From a virus, in IMG/VR virus record IMGVR_UViG_3300024518_000010: a DNA stretch of 43,228 nucleotides. The stretch is one strand, 5' to 3'. Shown here piece after piece: positions 32,248-42,271 of the stretch. Position 1 is the stretch's first letter, and each line of letters starts with the position of its first letter. Position numbers and translations under genes: made by a program. The notes below the pieces were generated by a model. That model saw nothing but the letters and a program-made list of their open reading frames with translations. It was not told the origin of the DNA and did no database searches.

Positions 32248-32562
32248 TTATACTAGTTCGGCCAATGAATATGATCCGGCATTTGCGCCACCCCCGCCAT
32301 CTTTTACAGACACAGCTCCGGTGTAATAGGACACAGACAAAGTTCCACCAGTGCCATCAGCGGCAACAGTGCTTGCTCGTAAAATGAAATGGTAGTCGTT
32401 AGTATCACAACCATCACCCAACTTCACGAACAACTTCGCGCTATCTTGATTCTGGATAAATAGTCTCTTGCGATCCCGGTTTGCGACTAAGGCAGCATCG
32501 GCAGTTAGTGGTCCACCTGCTACTACTGTGCCAGTCCGTCCTGTAACTTCTGCAACTCTCAT
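32248..32562 (-). CDS. Hypothetical structural-module protein, 104 aa
   Basis: Tracked ORF, coupled to the upstream gene. Confidence 0.55.
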   Translation of the reverse strand: MRVAEVTGRTGTVVAGGPLTADAALVANRDRKRLFIQNQDSAKLFVKLGDGCDTNDYHFILRASTVAADGTGGTLSVSYYTGAVSVKDGGGGANAGSYSLAELV

Positions 32563-33311
32563 TATTTGATTAATTGAATTTGGCGTTTTTGGTGTCGTTG
32601 CCGCAGTAGCTTATCTACCTCGGCCTCCATAGCCCTGTCAGCTTGACGACTGGCAATCATTGCAGCTTCAGTCTCTCCGGCAGCCATTCGTAAGTCCGAG
32701 AGAGCGCCACGTATTAAATAGTTTTGGAAAATGTATGGTATCTCTGCCAATGTCCAACTAGCGGCAGTGCCTAAAGGATCCTCCCCGGCAGTGGTGGCTA
32801 CGGCACATGTATAGAAGTTGCCTGTCCCGGCAGGAGTGGATGAGGCATATGTAGCGTTTTCGTAGTATACTTGCTCGTTGACAGAATACGTAGCAGTGGC
32901 AGAATAGGCAGCCCCGGTAAGCATTGGTCGAGTGAGCCGGTATTCCATGATGACTGGATCTGTGTTGTTCAGCACAATCAGTCGCTCGCCCGTTGTGTAA
33001 GAAGAGTCCTCGGCAACGAAATAAGGCACATGTTCCACCTTGACTGATATGCGAGGATCGGCACTATATACCTGAATCACACTGCCTACCGTCGCGGCAA
33101 GATCGACATGCTTTATGTCACTGGTGGTGGTTATTGCTTCAGACGAAAACCGCATTGTCTCCGGCCACAACTCTTTCTCCCATATCATGCCGAGCCGATT
33201 ATCTACGTAATCTCGGATCTTGAGAGAGTCTAGGTCGTTAACCAGGGAGCGGTCGAGCCCAGCAAGTTGGGCAACGCCGTATAGCACATTGGAATAGTTG
33301 AGGGTTCTCAA
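32562..33311 (-). CDS. Candidate head-tail adaptor / connector protein, 249 aa
   Basis: Assigned only by position downstream of the capsid gene. Confidence 0.45.
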   Translation of the reverse strand: MRTLNYSNVLYGVAQLAGLDRSLVNDLDSLKIRDYVDNRLGMIWEKELWPETMRFSSEAITTTSDIKHVDLAATVGSVIQVYSADPRISVKVEHVPYFVAEDSSYTTGERLIVLNNTDPVIMEYRLTRPMLTGAAYSATATYSVNEQVYYENATYASSTPAGTGNFYTCAVATTAGEDPLGTAASWTLAEIPYIFQNYLIRGALSDLRMAAGETEAAMIASRQADRAMEAEVDKLLRQRHQKRQIQLIK

Positions 33312-33661
33312 TTAAACTTTTTAGTCCATCGAGGGCCAGGTGAATACCCTAATTGAATTTTGCGACTAGTCGTCTTGACTCTGGATTCTTCGTTGTCGCG
33401 GAAGTACTCACGGAGAAATTGTTTGTCGTGCCAGCACTTGTACCCAAGGCGCTTGCCCCAATAGTGGTATGAGTGTGGATCTATAGTGCCCTTCTTTACC
33501 CCAAGACCTTGCATGAAATGGGCCTCGGGCAGCTTGTCGTGGGCTAAACGTCGCTTTTGTTCTATGTGAGCATTAACATCATTGAAGTGCCAACCACGAC
33601 GCAACTCAGCGTCCATAGCTGCAACTATTTCGTGGTCGACATCTTCAACGGCTAATGACAT
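33308..33661 (-). CDS. Hypothetical protein, 117 aa
   Basis: Tracked ORF with ATGA-type coupling. Confidence 0.55.
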   Translation of the reverse strand: MSLAVEDVDHEIVAAMDAELRRGWHFNDVNAHIEQKRRLAHDKLPEAHFMQGLGVKKGTIDPHSYHYWGKRLGYKCWHDKQFLREYFRDNEESRVKTTSRKIQLGYSPGPRWTKKFN

Positions 33662-33664
33662 AGA

Positions 33665-34690
33665 TTAGGTAGCAAGATCGAACTTGCCAAAGCCAACGGG
33701 GTTTTTGACACACAGTCCGGCAAAGGCTTGAATCATCCTCGCTGGGCCAGCACCGCTATCAGGCAGCTTCTTGACGTGAGGCAACATACCGTACCGGATC
33801 TCCGTTAATTCAATAGGGATCAGATACATGTCTGTGATGGTAGGCATAAACACGTCGGGGATCAAATGGATAGAACCAAAGTCGCCTTCATAGATATCAA
33901 TACGATGCCTAAGTGAACGATCTCCCTGCTCCCTGTTCATCGTGCGGATCCTGGGTTCGGTGAAAATGTTAACCCCGCCGGTCGTGGTAGAACTAGCATC
34001 GGCCAAACCTGAGATTGATTTCTTCAGAGTAGACCCAACAAAACCACTATACTCAGCAATGTCTCCGGTGTCCTCCCAGATTTTCAGAAGGATATTCTGA
34101 ATCGTTGCTTCTGTGATATTTGCCGTAGTAGCAGTTGTCTCGATGTGATCGGCAGGAGTCACAAAACCCCCGGCAGTAGCAGAGGCAGTAGCGGGACCAG
34201 TGTTGTGAATCCACAATCCCATACCTGCTGTTCCATAGCCCACAGTAGTGCCGTTATCAAGGGTAGCGTCTTGCACACCCAAGAAGGTCAACTCCATGTC
34301 CCGTTTCAACTCAATCAACTTGCGGCTCACACCACGAGCCAATTCACTTTTAATAGGACCGGCAATATTGGATACGCCTTCGGCCAACTGCGAAACACGG
34401 GTCAATCGTCTGAAGAAATGGCCTCGGTTGGCTAACTCATCACGATTGATATTGTCAAAAGCTTTCGGGTTATTGTCGGTGTCGTCATAGTCAACACCAT
34501 CGACAATGTTGGGAGTTACCGCAGCTTCATAGGAATCTGCTTGCCATCGAAAAAGCGTATTGCCCAAGTCCTTGCCCTTCGGCGCCATAGAGCAGAACGG
34601 AGTTTTGAGGTAATCTACCTCGGAAATAATATCGGCCAAATCTTCTCGTAGACCTTTGCCTAATTGACCTGGTTCAGTTAAAAGTGCCAT
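33665..34690 (-). CDS. Major capsid protein (HK97-fold type)
   Basis: The N-terminal pattern LREDLADIISEVDYLKTPFCSMAPKGKDLGNTLFRWQADSYE is typical of this capsid family. GAAGGA RBS. Follows the scaffold gene. Confidence 0.8.
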   Translation of the reverse strand: MALLTEPGQLGKGLREDLADIISEVDYLKTPFCSMAPKGKDLGNTLFRWQADSYEAAVTPNIVDGVDYDDTDNNPKAFDNINRDELANRGHFFRRLTRVSQLAEGVSNIAGPIKSELARGVSRKLIELKRDMELTFLGVQDATLDNGTTVGYGTAGMGLWIHNTGPATASATAGGFVTPADHIETTATTANITEATIQNILLKIWEDTGDIAEYSGFVGSTLKKSISGLADASSTTTGGVNIFTEPRIRTMNREQGDRSLRHRIDIYEGDFGSIHLIPDVFMPTITDMYLIPIELTEIRYGMLPHVKKLPDSGAGPARMIQAFAGLCVKNPVGFGKFDLAT

Positions 34691-34720
34691 GTGTGTATCC
34701 TTCTGTTTGTGTTGTTGCGA

Positions 34721-35725
34721 CTACACGAAGTCATCCATCAACGCAGGAAGGTCATCTCTGTTTCCAGTCTCTCGTAGTCTTTGCCTAGCTGCCTTTCTCT
34801 TGGCATCGGCAGGAGCCACTTGTGCCGGGGTAGCTCTAGGAGCACCGGGGCCAACGGGAGCCTTTCTAGTAGCAACACGGGGTTTGCGCTGTTTTGAGTC
34901 GCTCACTTGCTTGTTCCATTGAGCCACTCCCAACATGTAAATCCCTATCTCTTGTTCCCATAAAGGACTCTGCTTAATTTGTGGTCTAGCTTTGGCAATC
35001 TGCATAGCAAACTGATACTCCTTAGACCCCTTGTCCTTCCAAAACGGAAAGGCTTCATACACTTTAGGCAGTAGTTCTTCACGAGTTTTGAGGTATTGCT
35101 TTCTCTGAGGCAGTTGATTTCTGAGAGCTTTACGAATACCTGCTCTGATGCTTCTCGCTTGTTGCCGGGTGAATTCACTCTCACCTAGCTTGATCGCATC
35201 ATCATCACCATCTTCCAAAAACTCACTAATTGTCTCGACTGTGTTTTCTGCATCGTCGATATACTGATCTACATCAGCAGCAGTTTTGAGATGGTCGCAC
35301 GACAAGTCCCTGTTTTGAGTAGGCACCTGTATGCTGTCCTCGGCGACACTCCGTAGCTCTTTAATCTCGTCCTGTAGTCCATCGACTTGGCTTTCTAGCT
35401 CATGGCGCTTGGCAGTTAATTTGTCAACACGCTTTCGCCAACCCTTGTCTTTTGGTTCTTCAGGCTCCTCAGATTCCTCTACAATCTCTGGTTCTTCCTG
35501 GGTGTCTGGTTCTGCTGTCTCTTCAACAGAGGCAACTTCATCAGACTCGACTTTGGATGTTTTTTCGACAGGTTCCTCGCTTACCTGTGATTCAGTAGTT
35601 CCATCAGCATCAATAAAATCGCCGATAATATCTACCAAGCTCTCCTCAGTGAAGGCCGGTTTACTTTGCTCACTAGTCGCGGTATTTGGGGAAGGATCGC
35701 TAGTCCCAGAATCTTCATTATCCAT
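34721..35725 (-). CDS. Scaffolding protein
   Basis: Highly acidic, coiled-coil-rich 334-aa protein, located between portal and capsid. Confidence 0.6.
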   Translation of the reverse strand: MDNEDSGTSDPSPNTATSEQSKPAFTEESLVDIIGDFIDADGTTESQVSEEPVEKTSKVESDEVASVEETAEPDTQEEPEIVEESEEPEEPKDKGWRKRVDKLTAKRHELESQVDGLQDEIKELRSVAEDSIQVPTQNRDLSCDHLKTAADVDQYIDDAENTVETISEFLEDGDDDAIKLGESEFTRQQARSIRAGIRKALRNQLPQRKQYLKTREELLPKVYEAFPFWKDKGSKEYQFAMQIAKARPQIKQSPLWEQEIGIYMLGVAQWNKQVSDSKQRKPRVATRKAPVGPGAPRATPAQVAPADAKRKAARQRLRETGNRDDLPALMDDFV

Positions 35726-35878
35726 ATATCATGCTTTGACCCGCAAGAAGGTTTAGGATCAGCGTTTTTAGGAGTTCGGCAAAACACAGAAATTGCCACT
35801 ACGCCCGTCAATAGAGCATAGGTTTGGGGAAATTAGAAGTTCGACTAAAACGAAGAAGGCGCGCTAGGTGGGCAAACG

Positions 35879-36130
35879 CTATGAGGTGATGTTGCTTTTT
35901 GCTATCTTGATTTGCTTTTTCGTATTCTCGACTAACTCGACGGCATCGACAATCGCGTATAGGCACCCACAAGAGAAGCTTCGTTCGTCAGGAGTTAGCC
36001 TGGGATTAGATAAAGTAGTTACGGCAGTGTCTTTAGCCTCCTCGAATACTCTAGCCACATAGTCCCACACCTGGCTTTCGGCAGGGAGATCTTGCCACCA
36101 CTTATCTGGAACACCAATTAGTTTACTCAT
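35879..36130 (-). CDS. Hypothetical protein, 83 aa
   Basis: Tracked ORF. Confidence 0.5.
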   Translation of the reverse strand: MSKLIGVPDKWWQDLPAESQVWDYVARVFEEAKDTAVTTLSNPRLTPDERSFSCGCLYAIVDAVELVENTKKQIKIAKSNITS

Positions 36131-36131
36131 A

Positions 36132-36230
36132 TCACGGACCCCACCACATATCTATTTTCCAAACGATATAACACAAGCAGCCAACCACCCCAACAACTAA
36201 ACCTACAACTGCTGCTATACAAATATTCAT
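36132..36230 (-). CDS. 32-aa single-TM micro-protein (MNICIAAVVGLVVGVVGCLCYIVWKIDMWWGP)
   Basis: Hand-translated. Its TGA sits 1 nt before the next ATG. Confidence 0.35.
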   Translation of the reverse strand: MNICIAAVVGLVVGVVGCLCYIVWKIDMWWGP

Positions 36231-36313
36231 AAATACCCGTCGCGTATACGCTTAATCCAAGCTTGATATTGTCTCAGCGAAGGGGCACTTACCCAACACC
36301 CCATTAACCCGCT

Positions 36314-36733
36314 CTACTGCCCTGGTGTCTTTCCCTTAGATGATTCACTGAGATACTCGGCTTTTGTTTTGAAGTCCGGCACCTTACAGGATACAGGCAA
36401 ATCATCCAGACTTCGGCTATAACTGCCTTCTTTCAATCGTTCCTCTGTGTCAACGGCACACATAAGATTCCAACATGCGGCAATTAAGTGATCTTCGTCC
36501 CGCTGCCCCTCTAGGTAACTAAAAGCATGGCGCAAGGCAGAGTCCATGTAGCGGCTCAGAGGTTGGCCCTTTTCCCAGTTGCGAGCACCGTATTTGTCGC
36601 CGCCCCTTTCAAAATGTTGGGCCAAACGCTTGAGGGCTCGGGTAGGCAGTAGATCAAATCTGCCCTTACCTGTTCGGAGGTCACGCACGGACCCGGTTTG
36701 AAATTCCTCTCGCTTGCCTGAATCTTTAATCAT
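36314..36733 (-). CDS. DUF5664 / MazZ-like dATP/dGTP diphosphohydrolase-domain protein
   Basis: KDSGKREEFQTGSVRDLRTGKGRFDLLP...LKRLAQHFERGGDKYGARNWEKGQPLSRYMDSALRH matches my recollection of the N-terminal dNTP diphosphohydrolase domain. Confidence 0.6.
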   Translation of the reverse strand: MIKDSGKREEFQTGSVRDLRTGKGRFDLLPTRALKRLAQHFERGGDKYGARNWEKGQPLSRYMDSALRHAFSYLEGQRDEDHLIAACWNLMCAVDTEERLKEGSYSRSLDDLPVSCKVPDFKTKAEYLSESSKGKTPGQ

Positions 36734-36743
36734 TGAATACTGT

Positions 36744-36986
36744 CTAACAGGATACTAATCGATCGCATGTGCTAGCGTAATCCCCAGTAATCGGGATTTG
36801 TTCCCACGGCCAATAGGGAACTGGCTGCCTCGGACACTGGTGCCAGCGCTCGCGAAACACCAAATCACCTAATGTCGGATAACTTGGCTCCTTCGGTTTC
36901 TCTGCTTCTAAGGCCTTGTCAAATTCTTCGGGAGTCAGCTCAATCTCCTTGCCACCAATATCAATCACGACTTTAACAATTTTCAT
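36744..36986 (-). CDS. Hypothetical protein, 80 aa
   Basis: Tracked ORF with ATGA overlap to the upstream micro-ORF. Confidence 0.5.
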   Translation of the reverse strand: MKIVKVVIDIGGKEIELTPEEFDKALEAEKPKEPSYPTLGDLVFRERWHQCPRQPVPYWPWEQIPITGDYASTCDRLVSC

Positions 36987-37162
36987 AACGCTGTATCTTC
37001 AACACCAAACCCAAACTCGCGCAACATAGTCTCCATCCGATCAGACTCCGGCACATCATCACCTCGCAATGACACGATGGCAGCTTCCTCTCCGCAGGTT
37101 GGGCAATACCCGTCTGAGTTGGATTCAACCATCTCTAGGCATAACCGGCACCATGTTTTCAT
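36983..37162 (-). CDS. Untracked 59-aa zinc-ribbon protein
   Basis: Hand translation gives MKTWCRLCLEMVESNSDGYCPTCGEEAAIVSLRGDDVPESDRMETMLREFGFGVEDTAL. ATGA overlaps at both ends, with the portal stop and the next ATG. Confidence 0.55.
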   Translation of the reverse strand: MKTWCRLCLEMVESNSDGYCPTCGEEAAIVSLRGDDVPESDRMETMLREFGFGVEDTAL

Positions 37163-39294
37163 GCACCGGCTCCCGCGATTGGCGTAACCCCAGTCCGGCC
37201 TACTTGTTTGTTCTGCTCCTGGACTATTGATTGCTGTAAGTTCTTCACGTAATTCTGGGCCAACAACTGAAACGACTGATCACTCTTCATCATCTCCATG
37301 GCCTTCGGGTTAGATTGTAGCGCCTGTTGAAATACTTGCAACTTAATTGAGGCAGCAGGATCATTTTCTGAATACGTCGGCTCGATACCCAGCATCATTT
37401 TTGCCAGGTCGGTATGAACATCATCCACAGTCCTCGTAGTGGCAGACTTAGGATCCACTACAACCTCTTCGGCAATGTCAGGGGCAATAGCCTTTGCAAT
37501 AGAGCGAACATAGGCGCCATTATCAATGCTCCCTGCCTTGTCCTGGGGAATGACAAACGTGGAAAACGCCTTATACTTCTCCATCAAATATTCATTATCC
37601 AAATCCCGCACATCAAACCGTAGCACAAAATCGTATTGCCCGGTCACATCAGGAGCTTCACCTGAAATACCTACTCTTGAATTAGTAACCCTCGCTATTT
37701 CATTTGGCTCCATATATTGACGCGCCAGGGCAAACATTTGCTTATACACCTCGGTCCAACACGATAGCCATGTCCCAACTTTGCGCTGTTGCTTGACCTG
37801 AGTAGCGGCAGGAGGGATGTCTGGGTGAGGTATCCCGAAATATGTGGCGGCCATACGCTCTACTGAACTGATCATCTCAAAGGCAGTAGAAGGTTGCCGG
37901 GTAGGAGGGCTCATAAAGGCATAGTCATCCGGCCGGTTAACCGATAATTGCACGGCTGGACCTAACTCGCTGACCTGGCCAATACGCCTGTTGACAGTAA
38001 TGGGCGGCACAGTGGTGATGCTGGTATAGTCAACCACGGCATCATGTTGGGCCTTAACTTCATCTTGCCACGTCTCGGCAATCTCAGGCACTCCACGACT
38101 ATCGGATATGCGGCGATACCTGTTTTCTGCTGTAAAGGCAACGAATGGTTGGACCCCGTGCGCGTAGTCCTGCAACTCATGTTTGGCGTAGATGTCCTGG
38201 TCCTTGTCGTCCTTGAGGGCATGAGGCGAAAACACCGTGCAGTATATGCCGTTCACACCATCTTCATCGCTCTGCCTCGCATATGCCCAAGCCACCTCAA
38301 TCAAATTATCGTAGCGGTCATACGTAGTCAACCTCGCTCCGGCCAAACCTGTGGGCTCGACTTCTTGCGTAGAGGCCATTACACTCTGGTGCCCTGCTGT
38401 CTTTTTAACTGCCTTAATCCACTTCTTGTCCCAGTCGTCCTCTTCGGCCATGGCATTAAGTTGGGCCTCAGTCATATACCGGCGCACAAAAATCACTCGG
38501 GCGTTTTGCAGAGTAAGCGTCTCGGGGGGAAATCCTATGTCATCATACGGGCGCAAGGCAGTTAGTCGAGGCACACTGGATACCACCTCTGTCACCGGCA
38601 CACTCGCTTCGCCCTCTTCACGGAAAGTCTTTAGCAGGGCACGTAGCTTTTTATTCTTTACCCCAGGCAGTTGTTCACTGACAAGCTGGATAGCCAAATC
38701 AATTTGATCAGGATCCAACAAAACCGCCAACATGTCTTCACCAAAATTCTCGCGCACGTAATCAACATTTATGTCAAATAGAGTGGTTGCTTTTTTCTCT
38801 TCCCACCCAACCTGCATAACGGCAAATCCATACGTCTCCTGGTAGTTGGCAAGATACTCGCGTTCCAGGTTTATCTGCCCACGCAACTTGACATCCGTAA
38901 GCCACTTCAACAGTCTCTCAACTATCTTAGCGCCCTCGGCATCAGATACCTCCATCCCGCTTACTTGCAGACGACTCCGCTCATGGCCAACACACAGCAA
39001 ATCAACAGTAGAATTAATAACTGTATCAACCAATGGAATCCTGGCATCAGACGCACCGTCCCAAGGAAAAACCTGCTTGCCATCGATCTGATTTTTCTGC
39101 CACTTTTTGCCATCATCGCTTTGCCCGTTCCACCGCATCAGCCGGGTATAGTCCCACGACGTGAGAGTCCCGACAATTGTACCAGTGCCTTCGCCCTCAC
39201 TGAAGCTACGAGTGTATTCTTCCTGTAACTCCGGCAGCTTCGGTTGAGGGGTTGCATCAGCTAAAGTATCTTTGGTATATTCGTCATTCTTCAT
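37159..39294 (-). CDS. Portal protein
   Basis: 711 aa. Assigned by size and position downstream of TerL and upstream of scaffold and capsid. No motif check was possible by eye. Confidence 0.7.
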   Translation of the reverse strand: MKNDEYTKDTLADATPQPKLPELQEEYTRSFSEGEGTGTIVGTLTSWDYTRLMRWNGQSDDGKKWQKNQIDGKQVFPWDGASDARIPLVDTVINSTVDLLCVGHERSRLQVSGMEVSDAEGAKIVERLLKWLTDVKLRGQINLEREYLANYQETYGFAVMQVGWEEKKATTLFDINVDYVRENFGEDMLAVLLDPDQIDLAIQLVSEQLPGVKNKKLRALLKTFREEGEASVPVTEVVSSVPRLTALRPYDDIGFPPETLTLQNARVIFVRRYMTEAQLNAMAEEDDWDKKWIKAVKKTAGHQSVMASTQEVEPTGLAGARLTTYDRYDNLIEVAWAYARQSDEDGVNGIYCTVFSPHALKDDKDQDIYAKHELQDYAHGVQPFVAFTAENRYRRISDSRGVPEIAETWQDEVKAQHDAVVDYTSITTVPPITVNRRIGQVSELGPAVQLSVNRPDDYAFMSPPTRQPSTAFEMISSVERMAATYFGIPHPDIPPAATQVKQQRKVGTWLSCWTEVYKQMFALARQYMEPNEIARVTNSRVGISGEAPDVTGQYDFVLRFDVRDLDNEYLMEKYKAFSTFVIPQDKAGSIDNGAYVRSIAKAIAPDIAEEVVVDPKSATTRTVDDVHTDLAKMMLGIEPTYSENDPAASIKLQVFQQALQSNPKAMEMMKSDQSFQLLAQNYVKNLQQSIVQEQNKQVGRTGVTPIAGAGA

Positions 39295-39502
39295 CGGCTA
39301 GTTTAAGTTCGTCTATTAAGTTGTCACGAAGGTAATAATGCTTCGCCACAGACGACACTGGACTAGTTTTAACCGCTCCATGCCTCCGCAGCTTCCATAA
39401 GGTGCGCTTGTTGAGTCCGGTCATTTCAGACGCTTGTCCTATATCCAGTAACGGGGGATACTTGTCTTTCAGCCACGCCACTGTTTTGCTACCTTCACCC
39501 AT
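39284..39502 (-). CDS. Small HTH (excisionase/MerR-like) DNA-binding protein between TerL and portal
   Basis: LLDIGQASEMTGLNKRTLWKLRRHG is a helix-turn-helix pattern. Confidence 0.55.
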   Translation of the reverse strand: MGEGSKTVAWLKDKYPPLLDIGQASEMTGLNKRTLWKLRRHGAVKTSPVSSVAKHYYLRDNLIDELKLADEE

Positions 39503-41143
39503 TTAATACCCACCTTTCGCACGGATAGCCTTGTTAGATTGCTTGGAAATGTAAATAGGATCCATGACCAATATGTATCTAAGCGCGTCTATCGGATCCT
39601 TTGAAGCGCCCTTTTCGCCATCGGCGCCAGTCCATTCCTTCAATGAGTAGATTAGATTTTTACAACTCTCACTGACATATAAATTCGGCTGATTAATCCC
39701 ACTCAAGGGCGCAGTTTGGTCCCAACTCAACAAATCATTAATTCGAGCCACACCCTGATCTACCGAAATCCCGGCAGAAGGTATGAATAACATGGGGTTG
39801 TCGCCAGTGGCAAGATGGTCCATTACTGATGTCCCGCCGTCTTTGCCGATAGCCTGGGTCGCACCGGCACGAGGATCTATGTACCTATCAAAAAACTCTT
39901 CTCCACCTTCCAGTCGTCTGATGGTTTCTTTAACTGCATCGAATCCTTTTCCGGCATCATAGGTTTGGGCAACCCCCATCTTCCCGTCTGCTTTGTCTCC
40001 CGGCACTGCCCACTCTCCGATAGTATGATCTGGCCACTCTCGGTAAACGTAGCACCTACCATCCTTATCCACTCTAAGCCATAGCATGAACCAGTTTCGC
40101 GCTCCGGCAGGATCCACGGCCATGTAGTTAGTGCATTGCTTGGCAGGTGGTATGTCTTCATCGCTAATTATATTGTTCTCGCTGAATTGTGGAAATTGAT
40201 GCCCACTGGTCTTGTCGGTCCAACCATAGGCACGGATCTTAACTTCGTTGCTGGGGCGGCCAATTAATTCCTTGCTCAACCGCTCATAGCCACCATAGGG
40301 ATTGAACTCGCTCCAAAACCAAATTATGTATTTGCCAGGAAACCTCGTCTCGGCAATATACGGCATATGTCCCTTCGGCACCCCAGGCATGTTTACCTTG
40401 TGCGGCAGTAGCTCGGCCTTTTTGGTCTTCAACATGCGGCACCCACTAATGTACTCGGCAACTGTAGGTGTGTATCCCAACACCGGCGTGAACGTGACAA
40501 CCAACTTGCCCTTGCGTGTGGCATTCCGATAGCGCAGAGTCTTAATCCAACTGATAGGCACCAACTCATCGGTCCATATAAAGTCTGTCTCGCCACCCTC
40601 AATTACCCTAGGCTCTTGCATGTAGTTCTTGAAAATCAACTGACTCCGGTTAGGCAATACCAACTTGGCCTGGGTAAAGCCGTTTTTGATGCTATATGAC
40701 ACGGCAGTAGTTTTGCTCCGGCGAGGGGTTTGCATTTCAACCGGCAGATACTTATACACCACCGGCTGTTGCATCTCTATCGAACTGGCCCCAGAAGTGT
40801 GTAGCGCCCAACCCATGCGATCTCCCGCAGACAAGGCATTTTGAACCAACCTCTTGGCAGCCCACTCTGTCTTGCTGCTACGATTGCCCCCCAATACCAA
40901 TACCTCGTCACCCTTGGCCAACAAATCATCGGCATCTGACCAAACTTCTAAATCGACGCCATAGTCATACGGGTTGTCAATCTCTGCCTTTATGCGGGTC
41001 TCTCGATCCCGCAAAAACTGCGCCAACTGATCTGCGCCTTCGGGGGTTGATGCTAGGGTTGCCATCTGTTCGGGCGACGGCAGCTTCCAATATGGGTGGG
41101 GGGTTGGTCTATCCATTACTCGGACGCTTCCCCCGCTACACAT
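39503..41143 (-). CDS. terL: Terminase large subunit
   Basis: Walker A-like LVLGGNRSSKTEW, Walker B DFIWTDE, and nuclease-domain pattern YMAVDPAGARNWFMLWLRVDKDGRCYVYREW. The start could instead be the ATG at 41116. Confidence 0.88.
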   Translation of the reverse strand: MCSGGSVRVMDRPTPHPYWKLPSPEQMATLASTPEGADQLAQFLRDRETRIKAEIDNPYDYGVDLEVWSDADDLLAKGDEVLVLGGNRSSKTEWAAKRLVQNALSAGDRMGWALHTSGASSIEMQQPVVYKYLPVEMQTPRRSKTTAVSYSIKNGFTQAKLVLPNRSQLIFKNYMQEPRVIEGGETDFIWTDELVPISWIKTLRYRNATRKGKLVVTFTPVLGYTPTVAEYISGCRMLKTKKAELLPHKVNMPGVPKGHMPYIAETRFPGKYIIWFWSEFNPYGGYERLSKELIGRPSNEVKIRAYGWTDKTSGHQFPQFSENNIISDEDIPPAKQCTNYMAVDPAGARNWFMLWLRVDKDGRCYVYREWPDHTIGEWAVPGDKADGKMGVAQTYDAGKGFDAVKETIRRLEGGEEFFDRYIDPRAGATQAIGKDGGTSVMDHLATGDNPMLFIPSAGISVDQGVARINDLLSWDQTAPLSGINQPNLYVSESCKNLIYSLKEWTGADGEKGASKDPIDALRYILVMDPIYISKQSNKAIRAKGGY

Positions 41144-41189
41144 AAAAAGTCTTCTTCAGTATGAATCTCGCTCCACATACCTGTTTGCT

Positions 41190-41393
41190 CTAGTTGGGGG
41201 GAAAATTGTCTACACACTCCGACTCTCCTGTGGTTGACTGAGCGAATGCGTCGATACTCCCAAAAGCGGCAATGTTGGCATTCAACAACCCTGGATCCCA
41301 CTCTACAGCCATGCCTGAAACCTCCATCTTGTCGAGTCTGCGTTTCGTCTCCGCTAAGGACAAACGACGAGGATATGGCTTTGGATCTGTCAT
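41190..41393 (-). CDS. Hypothetical protein, 67 aa
   Basis: Tracked ORF with ATGA coupling. Confidence 0.45.
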   Translation of the reverse strand: MTDPKPYPRRLSLAETKRRLDKMEVSGMAVEWDPGLLNANIAAFGSIDAFAQSTTGESECVDNFPPN

Positions 41394-41602
41394 TTATGTG
41401 AACTCTTGTCGCGCTTGTCATCGGCACTTCTAGCATTACCATTTGTCTGATCCTTTTCTACTGCCTTATCAAGTCTCAACATAGCAGTTCTAACTAATCG
41501 CTTCACTGTCGCTATCGGCAAATCCAACAGATGCTGGTCGTCGTAACTCTGCAAAATCGCTCCGGCTAATGACTCTTGCAATTCAATTTCATGATGATCC
41601 AT
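41390..41602 (-). CDS. Hypothetical protein, 70 aa
   Basis: Tracked ORF. Confidence 0.45.
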   Translation of the reverse strand: MDHHEIELQESLAGAILQSYDDQHLLDLPIATVKRLVRTAMLRLDKAVEKDQTNGNARSADDKRDKSSHK

Positions 41603-41614
41603 AGGTGCATATGG

Positions 41615-41833
41615 TTAAGGGTTGACGGCTCTAGGCCCACTCCAAAATTCATCAGCTACTCCTGGCCCACAGCGGGGGCATTGAAACACATGCGCTAAAC
41701 TTAGTGGCCCACGATAGTCTAGTGGGAAACGGCAGATACGGCAGAACCAACACTTGTGGGCAGCCTCCATTACATGCACCCACGGCACCGGATACTTACC
41801 ATTGTCTACATAATTAGCAGCACTCACTCTCAC
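41615..41833 (-). CDS. Cys-rich zinc-finger protein, 72 aa
   Basis: CWFCRIC...CPRC. Confidence 0.5.
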   Translation of the reverse strand: MRVSAANYVDNGKYPVPWVHVMEAAHKCWFCRICRFPLDYRGPLSLAHVFQCPRCGPGVADEFWSGPRAVNP

Positions 41834-42066
41834 TTCCTAAATACAACAACTCGTTCACTCAAAGATCCACCGGCAACTATGTTTGTCTTCCATTGCCACT
41901 TCCCGGTAATGGCATTATGTTGGGCTACCCCTTGCTCGATAGTCTTTACGTGCCACACCCCTCGCTCAGTCATGGTCCCGACATACGCTCCGACCACAAA
42001 ACACAGGATGGCGCAAAACGCAATCGCACAGAAAACACCATAACTTTTGTCTTCATTCATAACCAA
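41830..42066 (-). CDS. Membrane protein, 78 aa, one TM helix
   Basis: YGVFCAIAFCAILCFVVGAYVG. Confidence 0.5.
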   Translation of the reverse strand: MVMNEDKSYGVFCAIAFCAILCFVVGAYVGTMTERGVWHVKTIEQGVAQHNAITGKWQWKTNIVAGGSLSERVVVFRK

Positions 42067-42269
42067 TCCCCCCTAACTGAAGTCCACGCAGCTAAGGCAT
42101 GCATAACACTACTCTTCACCGGGCCGGTAGTTTCACAAGCACCGTCACCACAAGCAACCCAATACAAAGTCTTGTCTGATCTTGTTGTTTGCCCAAGATA
42201 ACACTTCGCCCCCCCACAAAACGGACACTTGGACTCAAACACCGCTACAAATTCATCTATTTCTCTCAT
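42057..42269 (-). CDS. lar: Lar-family restriction-alleviation-like protein
   Basis: CPFCGGAKCYL...YWVACGDGACETTGPV...ALAAW matches the Lar zinc-ribbon pattern (CPFCG...C..C...GP...A..W). Confidence 0.6.
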   Translation of the reverse strand: MREIDEFVAVFESKCPFCGGAKCYLGQTTRSDKTLYWVACGDGACETTGPVKSSVMHALAAWTSVRGDWL

Positions 42270-42271
42270 AA

